A stretch of 64,000 nt of DNA from a virus. Lineage: Duplodnaviria; Caudoviricetes. Positions 30,495 through 40,540 of this stretch are shown one piece after another; position 1 is the stretch's first letter, and each line of letters opens with the position of its first letter. Position numbers and translations under genes: made by a program. The notes below the pieces were generated by a model, which had not been told where the DNA came from, searched no databases, and was given only the letters and a program-made list of their open reading frames with translations. The DNA is taken from the IMG/VR virus record IMGVR_UViG_3300037400_002732, positions 32,001 to 96,000 of that record; one strand, given 5' to 3'.

Positions 30495-32033
30495 CTAGAT
30501 ATTCGTCATCGCACCGATAACTTCATCTTGCTTGTCAACGGCTTGCTGGGAAGGGCCATTATCGGCACCGAACTCAGTTTCGACATCCATTGGTTCACTC
30601 GGCATCGACGTATCAATTCCTTGGGCTTGATCCATCATGTCAGCAAACGAACCATCGTTCATGAAGCTACTTCCGCTAGGTACGTTACCTTGAAGAACAT
30701 CCGGTGCAACCGATTCATCCGACAACGGCTGAGTAGCATCGCCGCCAGTGATCTTGCCTTCGCTCGGCAACTGGCTAAGGCTATCAGTACCAAGTTCAGG
30801 AGCCTTCGGCGTCTCTCCAGCAGTGAATACTTCTGGGAAGAGTTCTTCGAGCTTGTCGTTGAATTCAACTTGAGTAACATCTGCCGAACCAGTATTGTTA
30901 AGATATTCAATGAACTTTTGAACTTGTTCATCGGTCACTTCGGCATTTGCAAGAAGTGCATAGTCCTTAGACTTCAAGAATGCATTCACAATATCCAACG
31001 GCTTTTGTTCCTTGACGCCAGTAGTACCATTATATATTTCGCTACTACTCAATGAAATTCCAGAATTCTTCTTCGAAGCACTTTCTGCCATTTCATTGGA
31101 CGTCATCTTAGCAAGCAAATCAATGGCGGATCCATTCTCGTCATTATTAGTCAACTCAGTCAAAGAGTCACGCAGCTTGTCACCAAAATTACCCGGCACA
31201 TCGCCATCGTTTGAGGCATCCGTACCGTTCACATCACCACCGTTCATGCCAGGGACATTCGTCGGAGGCGGAAGGTCTTCTTGACCAGGCTCCATAGCAA
31301 ATGCGTCAGCACCCGGTGCTTGCTCGCCATCTTCAAGAAGATTAACTGCGTTGCAAAGGTTAAGCAGCTGGCCGAGTTCACTGCCGACAGATTCGTGATA
31401 AATCGAGCTGTCTGTAGCTTGCCAAGAATTGCTTAAATCTTCGGTGCCGTTGCCAAGACCATTGACATATTGCATAGTGTCCAAGTCATTGCCGACATTG
31501 TACTTGTTATTGGATGCAATAAGGTCATCGCAAGTCTTCAAGATAGTGTAGCCGAAGTTCTTGGTGAACTGGGGACTGGTGAGAGCAACCTCGTAGATGT
31601 TGGATAAGCCAGTATCAGCCGTAAGCTTAACCGTGATATTCTCATTTTCGTTCGGATAATACAGTTCGACGAGCATGTCATGGTTACGGCGATTGATAAC
31701 AAACTTACAATGAGTTTCCTTCATATCGATACTGGCAAGATTCATACGCATGCCACGATATGCCGTATTGGTTACCGCCTCGGTAAAGACCTTCTTATAA
31801 AGGTCGCGAGTCGTAATCAAGTTCTTCCCATACGTCAGCGGCTTGTTCATATCGTATTCACGATGATCCCAGTTTTCGCCATCTTGAGGCTTGCTTACTG
31901 GCTTGGGAGTCTGCTTGGTAAGCATCTTGATAACTTTTGTCTTGGAAGGGACAACTGGGCCACTTTCCGTCGAAACATAGACCAATTCCTTCATGGTCTG
32001 TAAAAGCTTGTTCTTATCGATCTGGTTACTCAT
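30495..32033 (-). CDS. acidic late protein, possible prohead core/internal protein
   Basis: ATAAACT 27 nt upstream; several xE-S/A motifs (STES, FTEA, YHES). Confidence 0.75.
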   Translation of the reverse strand: MSNQIDKNKLLQTMKELVYVSTESGPVVPSKTKVIKMLTKQTPKPVSKPQDGENWDHREYDMNKPLTYGKNLITTRDLYKKVFTEAVTNTAYRGMRMNLASIDMKETHCKFVINRRNHDMLVELYYPNENENITVKLTADTGLSNIYEVALTSPQFTKNFGYTILKTCDDLIASNNKYNVGNDLDTMQYVNGLGNGTEDLSNSWQATDSSIYHESVGSELGQLLNLCNAVNLLEDGEQAPGADAFAMEPGQEDLPPPTNVPGMNGGDVNGTDASNDGDVPGNFGDKLRDSLTELTNNDENGSAIDLLAKMTSNEMAESASKKNSGISLSSSEIYNGTTGVKEQKPLDIVNAFLKSKDYALLANAEVTDEQVQKFIEYLNNTGSADVTQVEFNDKLEELFPEVFTAGETPKAPELGTDSLSQLPSEGKITGGDATQPLSDESVAPDVLQGNVPSGSSFMNDGSFADMMDQAQGIDTSMPSEPMDVETEFGADNGPSQQAVDKQDEVIGAMTNI

Positions 32034-32080
32034 GGAGCTTTCCTACATCTACTTGTGTGCAGTTTATACACTTGTACACG

Positions 32081-32108
32081 AAAACGGCGAGCCGAAGCCC
32101 GCCGTTTT
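32081..32108 (-). terminator. terminator after sliding clamp gene
   Basis: AAAACGGCG..CGCCGTTTT inverted repeat. Confidence 0.7.
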
Positions 32109-32123
32109 ACCCATGACAGAAAC

Positions 32124-33044
32124 TTACTGAACAAGGTCGAACTGGGAGTAAGCACCAGCCGAGCATTCGGACGCGCCCAGCCAAAGAGTCATCGGCTTGT
32201 CTGGATTGACACCAGGAATAAGCGATGTAGCCTTGAGCGACATCTGTTCGACGCCCTTAAACACAGCGTAAGTGATATTGATATCGTACTCGCCGCCGAT
32301 TCCTTTCATATAGTTGAATAACTGAACCGGAAACACTGTCACGGATCCAGGTCTGAAAATCTTGTGAATCATCGGCATGTCCAAGCCACGAGTGCAAGTG
32401 GCTGGTACGCAGAACGTAATCTGCTGGGACATCTTGCCCTTGATGTAAAGCTTGATGCCGCCGTCGTCGATACGAAGAGTAACAAATTCACACGTCGGAA
32501 CTGCACGGAGCTTGGTAGCGAAGTCCTTAACCATTTCTTCCGAGAAGTGCATTTCGCCGATCTTCGTCATCGGATCGTGTTCGGTGTCATACGGCGTATG
32601 CGAATGCTGTTCCTTGAAGCAGCTAGGGTCTGCAGTAGGCGTACGGCAAGTGATGCCGCCACCAGCAAACTTGATATACTCGTACTTGCGTCCAGTAATC
32701 GACGTATCTATAGCCAGCTCAGCCGTACCGCGCTTAGGGAAATTGGCCAGTTCAGCGTACTTGACAAACTCGTTTAGCGAGAAAATATTGATGCGCTTTG
32801 CGTCGAAGTCCAAATCGTCGTCCGATGCTGCCAAATGGGTCATCATAGAAATATCTGGGATATTGATATGATTACCCGGAATGCGGTTAGGGCTGGAATC
32901 CTTGTACATGATTACACAGCCAGCTTTAGTGATTGAGCTGACACCCTTCAACAACTTGAAGAAGGGTTCGCTAAAACGGATACCTACTGACTGCTTTTCG
33001 TTTTCTTCTGCCATATAATAACCTCGAACTAAAATATAGCTCAA
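32124..33044 (-). CDS. gp45: sliding clamp (gp45-like)
   Basis: IRFSEPFFKLLKGVSSI, DFDAKRINIFSLNEFV and TADPS match the T4 gp45 N-domain; start may be MAEE at 33014. Confidence 0.75.
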   Translation of the reverse strand: MSYILVRGYYMAEENEKQSVGIRFSEPFFKLLKGVSSITKAGCVIMYKDSSPNRIPGNHINIPDISMMTHLAASDDDLDFDAKRINIFSLNEFVKYAELANFPKRGTAELAIDTSITGRKYEYIKFAGGGITCRTPTADPSCFKEQHSHTPYDTEHDPMTKIGEMHFSEEMVKDFATKLRAVPTCEFVTLRIDDGGIKLYIKGKMSQQITFCVPATCTRGLDMPMIHKIFRPGSVTVFPVQLFNYMKGIGGEYDINITYAVFKGVEQMSLKATSLIPGVNPDKPMTLWLGASECSAGAYSQFDLVQ

Positions 33045-35236
33045 ATCAATTTTGGATTCAAATCGGACTTAGTTATCACTTTTTTGCCGATTTCGACGAA
33101 TTTCGGCTCCAGCTGGTTCCATTCGAGGGCGGTAAACGGTCTGTTAATGTCCACACACCAGCTAGAATCGACTTCGATCTGCATCATCTTGACTTCCATG
33201 CGGTGCATCATCATCGAGACGACGTAAGGAACACAGCCTCGTCCGTCGCCAAAGCGATACAGCTTATGCCAGTTCCTCAAGATGGGAAGGTAGCCGCCAC
33301 GGATAGCTACAAACGGCCCATCAAGCATAGCCACCTCATGTGAACCAGTGACCGAAACGGTTCCGGCCACACGGCGATTGAACATTCCGTCAGTAAGTGA
33401 ATATTCGCTATACATGCCGTATGTATTCGGGCATCGCATCCACGTTCCATCCGGCAAGAAGTATTCATAGCCGAACGGAGCAACCGCACCAACGTCACCA
33501 GGAACTTGTTCAAGCTTCTGGATAAAGGACGGATCGTATATGATTGATGACGAATGGGCCAAAACAATCCAAGACGGCGGTACTTTCGGATTCAACTTTG
33601 TAAGCTTTTGTGCAACACGAGAAATGTTAATAAAAATTGACATTTGAGGGTTGTTGCACTTTCGCATCTTGACTACCTTGTCGCCAGCCAAGTAAATCAA
33701 TTCGTTTCGAGTCAGCGCATACTTCTTGTACGGCACCTTCGTACCCACGCCAGCATTGCGATAGTACAGAATTGTAATGACGCTCGGATCCTTGCTGTGC
33801 TTGAGAACGGTTTCCTTGTCAATATGGATGTTGTCCTTTTCGCGAATACCCAACGCCTTGCGAATCTGGTTGCGCTCGGCCTCTTCCTTGTACTTTTCCA
33901 TATAGACTTCATGTCGGCGTTCTTCGGCTCGAAATTCGTTTTCGTACAAGGCAGCCTTCAACGCGACTTCCACGTCATCCATTTCCGGAATTTCAATAGC
34001 GAGACAGCGTTCCTTACGAGCCCTTGTCTTGGCAGCAGCCTTAGACGCCCTAAGACGCTTGTAGTATTCTTCACGTTTGTTCGTCTTGTTCAGCTTGTCC
34101 AAATGCTTCTTACGGAATTCCGAAAGTTCCATCTTTGGATCAACATTGACACCGGACGCGACAACGGCATCGACATCTTCGCGAACCCATCCCCACATCG
34201 GATATGCAAAACGGCCAGCCTTGCGAGCTTCTTCGCAAGCGGCCATATACTCTTCCGCTGTCATAACGCAGTATTCGCGTTTCTTATGTATGTTCATCAT
34301 TCGCGGCGGAGCAACTACTCGGCACTTTCCGTTAATCAATTCATTGATCCAGAAATTGCTCTTACCGAATTTCAGACGAATGTTGAAACGGTTGTAGTAT
34401 GACTTACCTTCGCCATAAAAGAAGCGTTCGGCGATACGGTCGTACAGCGCATCCAGTTCCTTCTTATCGAACAAATTACGATAACGAGACCCAACCTTGG
34501 TGTATTCTGGATGAAGCTGTTTCGTATAAATGAACTTGGTAATGGTACGGCGAGAACACCTCATGTAGACACACGCCATGCCAGTAGTCAATTTGTCCGG
34601 AAGAGGCTTATCAGTAATAAGCTTTGTCGCACGTCGTTCGGCCTTATTGATCGTATTGGTAACAAACTGTATTATGCTGTCGCGAGTCATCCATTTGTAA
34701 CGCTTGCGGCCAGTAACGGTATGCACCCAAAACGCGATGTTGGCATTACCCATTCGTGCTTGGGCCCTAAGCTTGCCTGGAGTAGTTCCCATGAACGTAG
34801 CGGAATCCTTGACATTCATTGTCTTGGGCAAGAACTTGAAATTACTTGACGGCACGTAATTCTTGAGGAAGTATTCATAGTCATGGAACGTGACGTACTT
34901 GCCGAATTCATCGGCTGGCTGCTCGATGATAATTCCTTTCTTCACGAGCCTAAGATACGTCGTCTGGTGAATATCCAGATCGGCAATTATTTCAGCCGGA
35001 CGAAGCTTCGCTCTAGGATGAGTGCTGCAAGGCGGCTTCAATCCATAGGCGGACAATTTTTTAAGACAAGCGTCATAACGGTATTTCTTTTGTCCAAGAT
35101 AATTAACCTTGTACGGAATACCTTCAAAAAAGCCCATACGCTTAAGCTCGGACGACGGCCTATCAATAATCTGAGCAATACGGTTCGGTTGAACAAAGTC
35201 GTCGAGGCCCTTAGTTTTTAAAGACGCCATCGCCAT
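33041..35236 (-). CDS. multi-HTH DNA-binding protein fused to a GT-A glycosyltransferase-like domain
   Basis: Basic N-terminal region with excisionase/MerR-like HTH repeats; coiled coil; C-terminal WIVLAHSS.IIYD...VGAVAPFG...EVAMLDGPFVAIR. Confidence 0.55.
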   Translation of the reverse strand: MAMASLKTKGLDDFVQPNRIAQIIDRPSSELKRMGFFEGIPYKVNYLGQKKYRYDACLKKLSAYGLKPPCSTHPRAKLRPAEIIADLDIHQTTYLRLVKKGIIIEQPADEFGKYVTFHDYEYFLKNYVPSSNFKFLPKTMNVKDSATFMGTTPGKLRAQARMGNANIAFWVHTVTGRKRYKWMTRDSIIQFVTNTINKAERRATKLITDKPLPDKLTTGMACVYMRCSRRTITKFIYTKQLHPEYTKVGSRYRNLFDKKELDALYDRIAERFFYGEGKSYYNRFNIRLKFGKSNFWINELINGKCRVVAPPRMMNIHKKREYCVMTAEEYMAACEEARKAGRFAYPMWGWVREDVDAVVASGVNVDPKMELSEFRKKHLDKLNKTNKREEYYKRLRASKAAAKTRARKERCLAIEIPEMDDVEVALKAALYENEFRAEERRHEVYMEKYKEEAERNQIRKALGIREKDNIHIDKETVLKHSKDPSVITILYYRNAGVGTKVPYKKYALTRNELIYLAGDKVVKMRKCNNPQMSIFINISRVAQKLTKLNPKVPPSWIVLAHSSSIIYDPSFIQKLEQVPGDVGAVAPFGYEYFLPDGTWMRCPNTYGMYSEYSLTDGMFNRRVAGTVSVTGSHEVAMLDGPFVAIRGGYLPILRNWHKLYRFGDGRGCVPYVVSMMMHRMEVKMMQIEVDSSWCVDINRPFTALEWNQLEPKFVEIGKKVITKSDLNPKLI

Positions 35237-36432
35237 TAGAAGTAAACCTCCAGCTTTTTCTTGGCAGCCATTTTTTCAGCAAGCTGCAATCTGTTTTCGC
35301 GGCGGGCACGTTTTTCCCTTTCAGCCAAGTCGCCGCTAGACAAAGCGAATAGAATAGAAGCTCCGCCCGGAGCAGAGCAACGGTCAGCAATGAACTGGTC
35401 ATTGACATAGCCATCCGCGTCAACAGGGAATTCACCATCAAGAACTGCGGCGTTAACGTCCTTGGCCTTTATTCCTCGCCAAGAAAACCAGTTGTAACCT
35501 TTCTTAACAGATTCTATACGAGCAAGCTCACCAGCCTTGTCGTTATCCCATAACACGGTACAATTTTCCTTATGCTCGGCAATCTGTGGATTATCTGCGA
35601 TCATTTCATCAAAGTGAGATACGCCACCAATAGCGATGGAATTACGGATAAATGTCGAGTCGATAGTTCCTTCAAGGATATAGAACGGCTTGTTCACATC
35701 CAGAAAGTCAATATTGTACGCTTGTCGCTTAACGCCTTCGAAATTACGGTAACGCGGTTCGGTCTTCGGATCCAAAGCTCGCGCATCAAATTGATTCCAT
35801 GCGCCACCATATTTATAGAACGGAATGACCAGACGGTTACGGAATTCATTTCCAATAGGCTTCCCCTTTTCATTTAGGACAAGCGCACCGAATTCATCCC
35901 TCTTTAGGAACTGATCGCCTTCTTGACAGACGAACCACAAGTCATACACGTCCTTGCGGATTTTTCTGCTCTCGCAGAAAGCAACCGCTTGTTCGGCAAG
36001 CGGATGATGGTCGAGCAACGAGACAAGTTCATCGTCGGCAAACGGAAGCTCGGCCTTTTTCTTACGTTGGCGTTCTTCGAATTCACGATTACGGGCCCTG
36101 CGGTCACTATCCTCATCCTTGCCAAGAAGAAGAATTCGGCTATATGCAGCAAAGTCAGTATCCTTCAAATAGGTCATGAAATGTTCACTTGTACCACACT
36201 TGTAACAACGGAATAGCCACTTGTCTCGATAGATATAAGCCTTCTTCTTGTTCGGTCGGCTCAAATCACCGCAGAACGGACAAACAAAGTTATACTCATT
36301 GGCCTTGGTGTGGGTAAGGTGATAGTCACCCAAATGGGAGACGACCTCTGAATCAAGAACTGCATCTGGAATATTATCGTACGCGAACGCCATAAAAACC
36401 TCAAACAATGAACGGTGCTCAATGTTAATCAA
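35236..36432 (-). CDS. gp61: DNA primase (gp61/DnaG-like)
   Basis: CPFCGD..CYKC zinc ribbon, RLVIPF, EGTIDS, WDND, KDVN. Confidence 0.93.
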   Translation of the reverse strand: MINIEHRSLFEVFMAFAYDNIPDAVLDSEVVSHLGDYHLTHTKANEYNFVCPFCGDLSRPNKKKAYIYRDKWLFRCYKCGTSEHFMTYLKDTDFAAYSRILLLGKDEDSDRRARNREFEERQRKKKAELPFADDELVSLLDHHPLAEQAVAFCESRKIRKDVYDLWFVCQEGDQFLKRDEFGALVLNEKGKPIGNEFRNRLVIPFYKYGGAWNQFDARALDPKTEPRYRNFEGVKRQAYNIDFLDVNKPFYILEGTIDSTFIRNSIAIGGVSHFDEMIADNPQIAEHKENCTVLWDNDKAGELARIESVKKGYNWFSWRGIKAKDVNAAVLDGEFPVDADGYVNDQFIADRCSAPGGASILFALSSGDLAEREKRARRENRLQLAEKMAAKKKLEVYF

Positions 36433-36481
36433 GCACCGCCCATTTGAATATGCCGTCAGGAGACGGTATTGTTAGGCAAGT

Positions 36482-37642
36482 TTAGAACGGCAATTCCGTG
36501 TCGTCTTCGTCACCATCCGGAAGCTGGTTAGCAAGTTCAGTCATGCTGGGCTTGGCTGCTGGAGCCGGGCGAGCAGCCGGTCTGGCGGCTGGGGCCGGAG
36601 TAGCGGAAGCGACGAGCATTGCGTCAGAATCTGCTTCAACTTCAGGCTTTGCGGCAGCAACAAGTTCGGCATCAGCGTCAAGGAAATCAGCTGCACCCAT
36701 CTTGTTTGCATGGTTTGCGTAGTTCGGATTCGGAGCCGCAGAGAAGCTGTGATTTACCGGGGTAAATCCACCTTCAGCGACACCGTCAACTGGCTTCGCA
36801 GAAGACGCCTTTTCCATGAATTCGCGCCACTTAGCAGCAGCCTGGTCTTCGTCCGGAATGTCCTTGAGATATTCCTTGAGGTCATGGCAGCGGCTGAGAA
36901 TGTCAAGCATTTCTTCCTTGGTATCGGCAAGCGGCGAGGATTCTGGCAAGTAGTCAGAGCCGTCGTAGGAGGTCATATTCTTGGCAGCGTCCCAAGTCAC
37001 GACCACACCAAAGTCAACGCCCTTGGTCGGAGAATGAGGAATAAACTTGCGCTTTTCCTTCTTAATCTTTGCAAGAGCACCCTTTGCTGGTGCGGCATTC
37101 GCATTGTTGGTTTCAGCGTCAACGCTGTCATCGAACGGTGCGCGGAGCGTACGTTCAACAGCATCGCTATGACGCCAGACGAGAACCTTACCATTATTGG
37201 TCTGCTTGTTATCGTCTTCCTTCACGAGAATGTTGGTGTACCATTCCGGACGAGAACGCATGTCAGACCACACCTTGAGTTCCGGAGAGCCCTTCGGATA
37301 TTTGGTCTTCAAGTCGTTGTAACGATCCCAGATTGCACGGCAAATCGGACAATCTTGGCCCGGAATATTACGGCCACACTTCACTTCCATGTGAACGCCG
37401 TTGATTTTGAGGTGGTGGTACAAAACCTTCACGCTAGGATAGGTCTTGTTCTTTACGCCTTCAATACCTTGCGGTAGTAAACGGACGATAGCACTGTAGC
37501 TGGGATTGCGCTTGCTTACGCTAGGCTTCCAGCGGTTCGGATCAGTGGCACCACTGGTCGAAGTGGCTTCGTCGAGGTTGGACACGGTGTCAATGTCGAG
37601 GTCAATAAAATCGGCATTAGCTTGGGGATTATTAGTAGTCAT
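36482..37642 (-). CDS. gp32: single-stranded DNA-binding protein (gp32-like)
   Basis: AIVRLLP, H/C..CPIC zinc ligands, NILV..D...NNGKV, acidic DDTELPF tail. Confidence 0.9.
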   Translation of the reverse strand: MTTNNPQANADFIDLDIDTVSNLDEATSTSGATDPNRWKPSVSKRNPSYSAIVRLLPQGIEGVKNKTYPSVKVLYHHLKINGVHMEVKCGRNIPGQDCPICRAIWDRYNDLKTKYPKGSPELKVWSDMRSRPEWYTNILVKEDDNKQTNNGKVLVWRHSDAVERTLRAPFDDSVDAETNNANAAPAKGALAKIKKEKRKFIPHSPTKGVDFGVVVTWDAAKNMTSYDGSDYLPESSPLADTKEEMLDILSRCHDLKEYLKDIPDEDQAAAKWREFMEKASSAKPVDGVAEGGFTPVNHSFSAAPNPNYANHANKMGAADFLDADAELVAAAKPEVEADSDAMLVASATPAPAARPAARPAPAAKPSMTELANQLPDGDEDDTELPF

Positions 37643-37737
37643 GGGATTACTCCTTGGATAACTATGGTTTTACGTTGTTGTTTTTCTTTTTCCGGTGTTT
37701 TTGTTTAAGCTGTACACCAACGCAACAGCTGAGGGTA

Positions 37738-37767
37738 AACTTAGTAACAATAAATTTGAATTGCAAA
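37738..37767 (-). promoter_or_regulatory. sigma70-type early/middle promoter
   Basis: TTGCAA-ttcaaatttattgttac(17 nt)-TAAGTT upstream of ssb. Confidence 0.7.
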
Positions 37768-37773
37768 TCAGCC

Positions 37774-38430
37774 CTAAGTAGGCGTTTTTGGCGATTCTTT
37801 TTGGTGGGTCAACAGCTGGATAGCTTCTTGACGCTTCAATGCGGCATCGACTTGTTCTTCCAAGTTTTCCGGAAGCTCGAAATCGAGATCATCGATGTGT
37901 ACCTTTTCAAGCTCGTCAGTGACTTCCTTCATGAGAGAATCAAAGTCCCAGCCAATCTGTCTTGAAATGACGTTATTGATAACGCACAAGTCGGAGAACT
38001 TGGCGGCATCGCCAACCAGCTTTTCATTTTCAACCGCTTCCACGTTGTTCGGGTCGAAATCGTCTGAAATATGGAGAGAACCATCCTCGTCGATTTCAAG
38101 CGCACTTGCTGCGGTTTCATCAGACATCGCAGTAGCCTTCTGCACGTCTTCATCATCGCGAGCATATTCGTCAGCAAGCTGCATGTAGCTCTTTCCGATG
38201 AACGGATTGCGCTTCTGCTGTTCGACAAGCCACTTGTTGTAGTATTCGGTCTTGACGAGAACGCCAGTACCGGCACCACCATATTTCTTGTCGTCCTTAG
38301 AACCAATATTGACGATTGCATTGGTAAGCTCTTCACGTTTTTCGAGAGCCGCTTCTTCAGCAATAGCCGAGTCCTTCTCGTGCTGCTTAACAATACTCTT
38401 GTACTTTGCACCAAACTTGAAATTAGCCAT
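37774..38430 (-). CDS. hypothetical acidic protein
   Basis: 218-aa ORF in the helicase operon. Confidence 0.75.
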   Translation of the reverse strand: MANFKFGAKYKSIVKQHEKDSAIAEEAALEKREELTNAIVNIGSKDDKKYGGAGTGVLVKTEYYNKWLVEQQKRNPFIGKSYMQLADEYARDDEDVQKATAMSDETAASALEIDEDGSLHISDDFDPNNVEAVENEKLVGDAAKFSDLCVINNVISRQIGWDFDSLMKEVTDELEKVHIDDLDFELPENLEEQVDAALKRQEAIQLLTHQKESPKTPT

Positions 38431-38431
38431 A

Positions 38432-38950
38432 CTATTCCTGCAATCCCGCCAATATAAACGCTTCTTCTTCTGGGTCGTCTTCGGTCAGTTTATCAACGTA
38501 GTCTTGCGACAGCTTGATAGGTTCGATCGATGATTCATCATCTTCCTCTGCACGAGTAGCGGCCTTCTCGATATCAGTTTCAGATGCGGCGATCCCAGCT
38601 TCCTTCGCCAATAGGAGCTTGATGTCCATATCCAGCATGGCGGCCAGCTTGGTAGCATCCACCATCTTTTCAATGGCAACAAGCAACTGCATCATGCCAA
38701 AATCCTTCTTGCAGTACTTATTGTACATCCACCAGAGGCCAGCGTTTATCTTTTCACTGTACTTCTTAAGTGTCGTTTCGGGCATCGTCAACACAATGCA
38801 AGCATCGCCGTCGAATCTTGGAGTCTTCAAGTATTCGTCAAAGACATTCAAGATCGACTCGTTGCTAGTGTCTCTGAGTTCCAAGGAATCCCTTTTCTGC
38901 TCGGTTTCCTCGTCCTCAGTCATGTATTTCTCTAAATCCATAGAACACAA
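38432..38950 (-). CDS. hypothetical protein (weak gp33-like candidate)
   Basis: 172 aa; KLAAMLDMDIKLLLAKEA loosely recalls the gp33 helix; located near gene 32. Confidence 0.6.
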   Translation of the reverse strand: MCSMDLEKYMTEDEETEQKRDSLELRDTSNESILNVFDEYLKTPRFDGDACIVLTMPETTLKKYSEKINAGLWWMYNKYCKKDFGMMQLLVAIEKMVDATKLAAMLDMDIKLLLAKEAGIAASETDIEKAATRAEEDDESSIEPIKLSQDYVDKLTEDDPEEEAFILAGLQE

Positions 38951-38986
38951 TTGGTTCGATTCATTAGAGAAATTACTCTGTTTTAG

Positions 38987-40480
38987 CTAGAATTGCATGC
39001 TTATATCACTCAATCCAGCTTGGGCGGCTATTTGCTTGGCGTCTAGCTTCTGACGAGTCAGCTTTCCGCCGCCCGGTGTACGGCCAGAGTTACCGCCTTG
39101 CATCAATCCGCCAGCGGCCTCAGCGGCGATCTGCGCCTTGGCCATGGCATCCAATACCTCGTTGACGTCTTCTTGAGAAGCGTCGTACCAACGCATTGTA
39201 TTGAAGTCGTACTTGGTATAGAACATGACTTCGTTCTCGCCGAAACGGTTCTTCTTGATGAAGTTGGCATACATGTTCAACCCCTTCAAGATATCGTCAC
39301 GAGTAATCGTAATCATAATGTCGGCGGTTTCGGCAAAGCCAGCGGAACCAGAGACCGATTCCAAGCCAGCGTCCAGCCTTGAGTAACCAGTACGGTTGAA
39401 CTGGACTGCAGAAATGCCAACCATATTCCTTTCAATGCACATTTCACGGATCTGCTCAGCCTTTTCTTGGCCATCGAGATACATACTTTCCATCGTACGG
39501 TGAGTACGGTTCGGCTTCATGATGCCGATGTAGTCAACCACAAGCACATCCGGATTCTTCTTGTAAATCGAGTAGAACTGGTCAATGCGAGCTTCGATTT
39601 CTGACGGCGTAGTCGTCGTCTTCATACGAATAACCTTCAAATGACCCAGACGTTCAACGCCTTCAACCTTAGTCTGTTCAATAAGCCTACGGCATTCCTC
39701 GACAGAAAGGTCGCTAACCTCGTACTGGGCGATGCCAGTCAAGTTAGCAGCAAGACGACGCCATACATATTCTTCGGACAATTCCAAGCTGATGTAAAGT
39801 ACGTCATAGCCATAGCGAATAAAGTTACACGCATCTGAACCCATGACAAGAGACTTACCGACGTTAGGCTGACCAACATACAGCGTCATCGTCTTACGAG
39901 GATAACCACCGGAATCTGGGTCAGTTTTCACTTGGGCAGTGTAATAGTTGATCTTGCCAATGGCAGAACGGATCGGATGCGACATTTCCTTCAAGCGACG
40001 CTGGGCCTCTTCAATATCTTCGACAAGGTCAAGACCAAGGCCCACATGCAGACTGAAATTGAGCTTATCCTTCAATACCGGAAGCAAGTCCCTAACCGCG
40101 TCCGTATTATTCTCGTAGATAGCAGTAGCAGCTTGTCGCAGCACGTTTTCCGCAGCACGTTCATGATAGAAATTCTCAAGCAGCGAAATAACGTAGTCTT
40201 GCTTCATGAACGGAATGTCAGCATTGCAAACAGCCATGATTTTCTGCCTAGCTTGCTCACCAAAACCAGTATTGCCAAGACCTACCACCAGCTCTTGAGC
40301 CGACGGTCTACGGTTGTGCTTGCGAATAAATTTTCTGATAATGCTTACAACGTTCTTGTTAGCTTCGTCAGCATACAAACGATCATCCAAGAAGTCAATC
40401 ATCTTGGGTGCGATTGTCAAGTCTGTTAGAAAAGTCCTTATAACAAGATCTTCTCGCGTCAAATCGTAAACGGCAGCCAT
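38987..40480 (-). CDS. gp41: replicative helicase (gp41/DnaB-like)
   Basis: GQPNVGKS, YISLELSE, VVDYIGIM, SAVQFNR, KNRFG. Confidence 0.95.
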   Translation of the reverse strand: MAAVYDLTREDLVIRTFLTDLTIAPKMIDFLDDRLYADEANKNVVSIIRKFIRKHNRRPSAQELVVGLGNTGFGEQARQKIMAVCNADIPFMKQDYVISLLENFYHERAAENVLRQAATAIYENNTDAVRDLLPVLKDKLNFSLHVGLGLDLVEDIEEAQRRLKEMSHPIRSAIGKINYYTAQVKTDPDSGGYPRKTMTLYVGQPNVGKSLVMGSDACNFIRYGYDVLYISLELSEEYVWRRLAANLTGIAQYEVSDLSVEECRRLIEQTKVEGVERLGHLKVIRMKTTTTPSEIEARIDQFYSIYKKNPDVLVVDYIGIMKPNRTHRTMESMYLDGQEKAEQIREMCIERNMVGISAVQFNRTGYSRLDAGLESVSGSAGFAETADIMITITRDDILKGLNMYANFIKKNRFGENEVMFYTKYDFNTMRWYDASQEDVNEVLDAMAKAQIAAEAAGGLMQGGNSGRTPGGGKLTRQKLDAKQIAAQAGLSDISMQF

Positions 40481-40503
40481 AAATCCTCAAAAAGCGGTAA
40501 AGA

Positions 40504-40525
40504 AGCGCACCCAACTGGGTGCGCT
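40504..40525 (-). terminator. hairpin between uvsX and helicase
   Basis: AGCGCACCC-AACT-GGGTGCGCT; weak T-run on the minus strand. Confidence 0.5.
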
Positions 40526-40540
40526 GTTACAGATGGCGAA

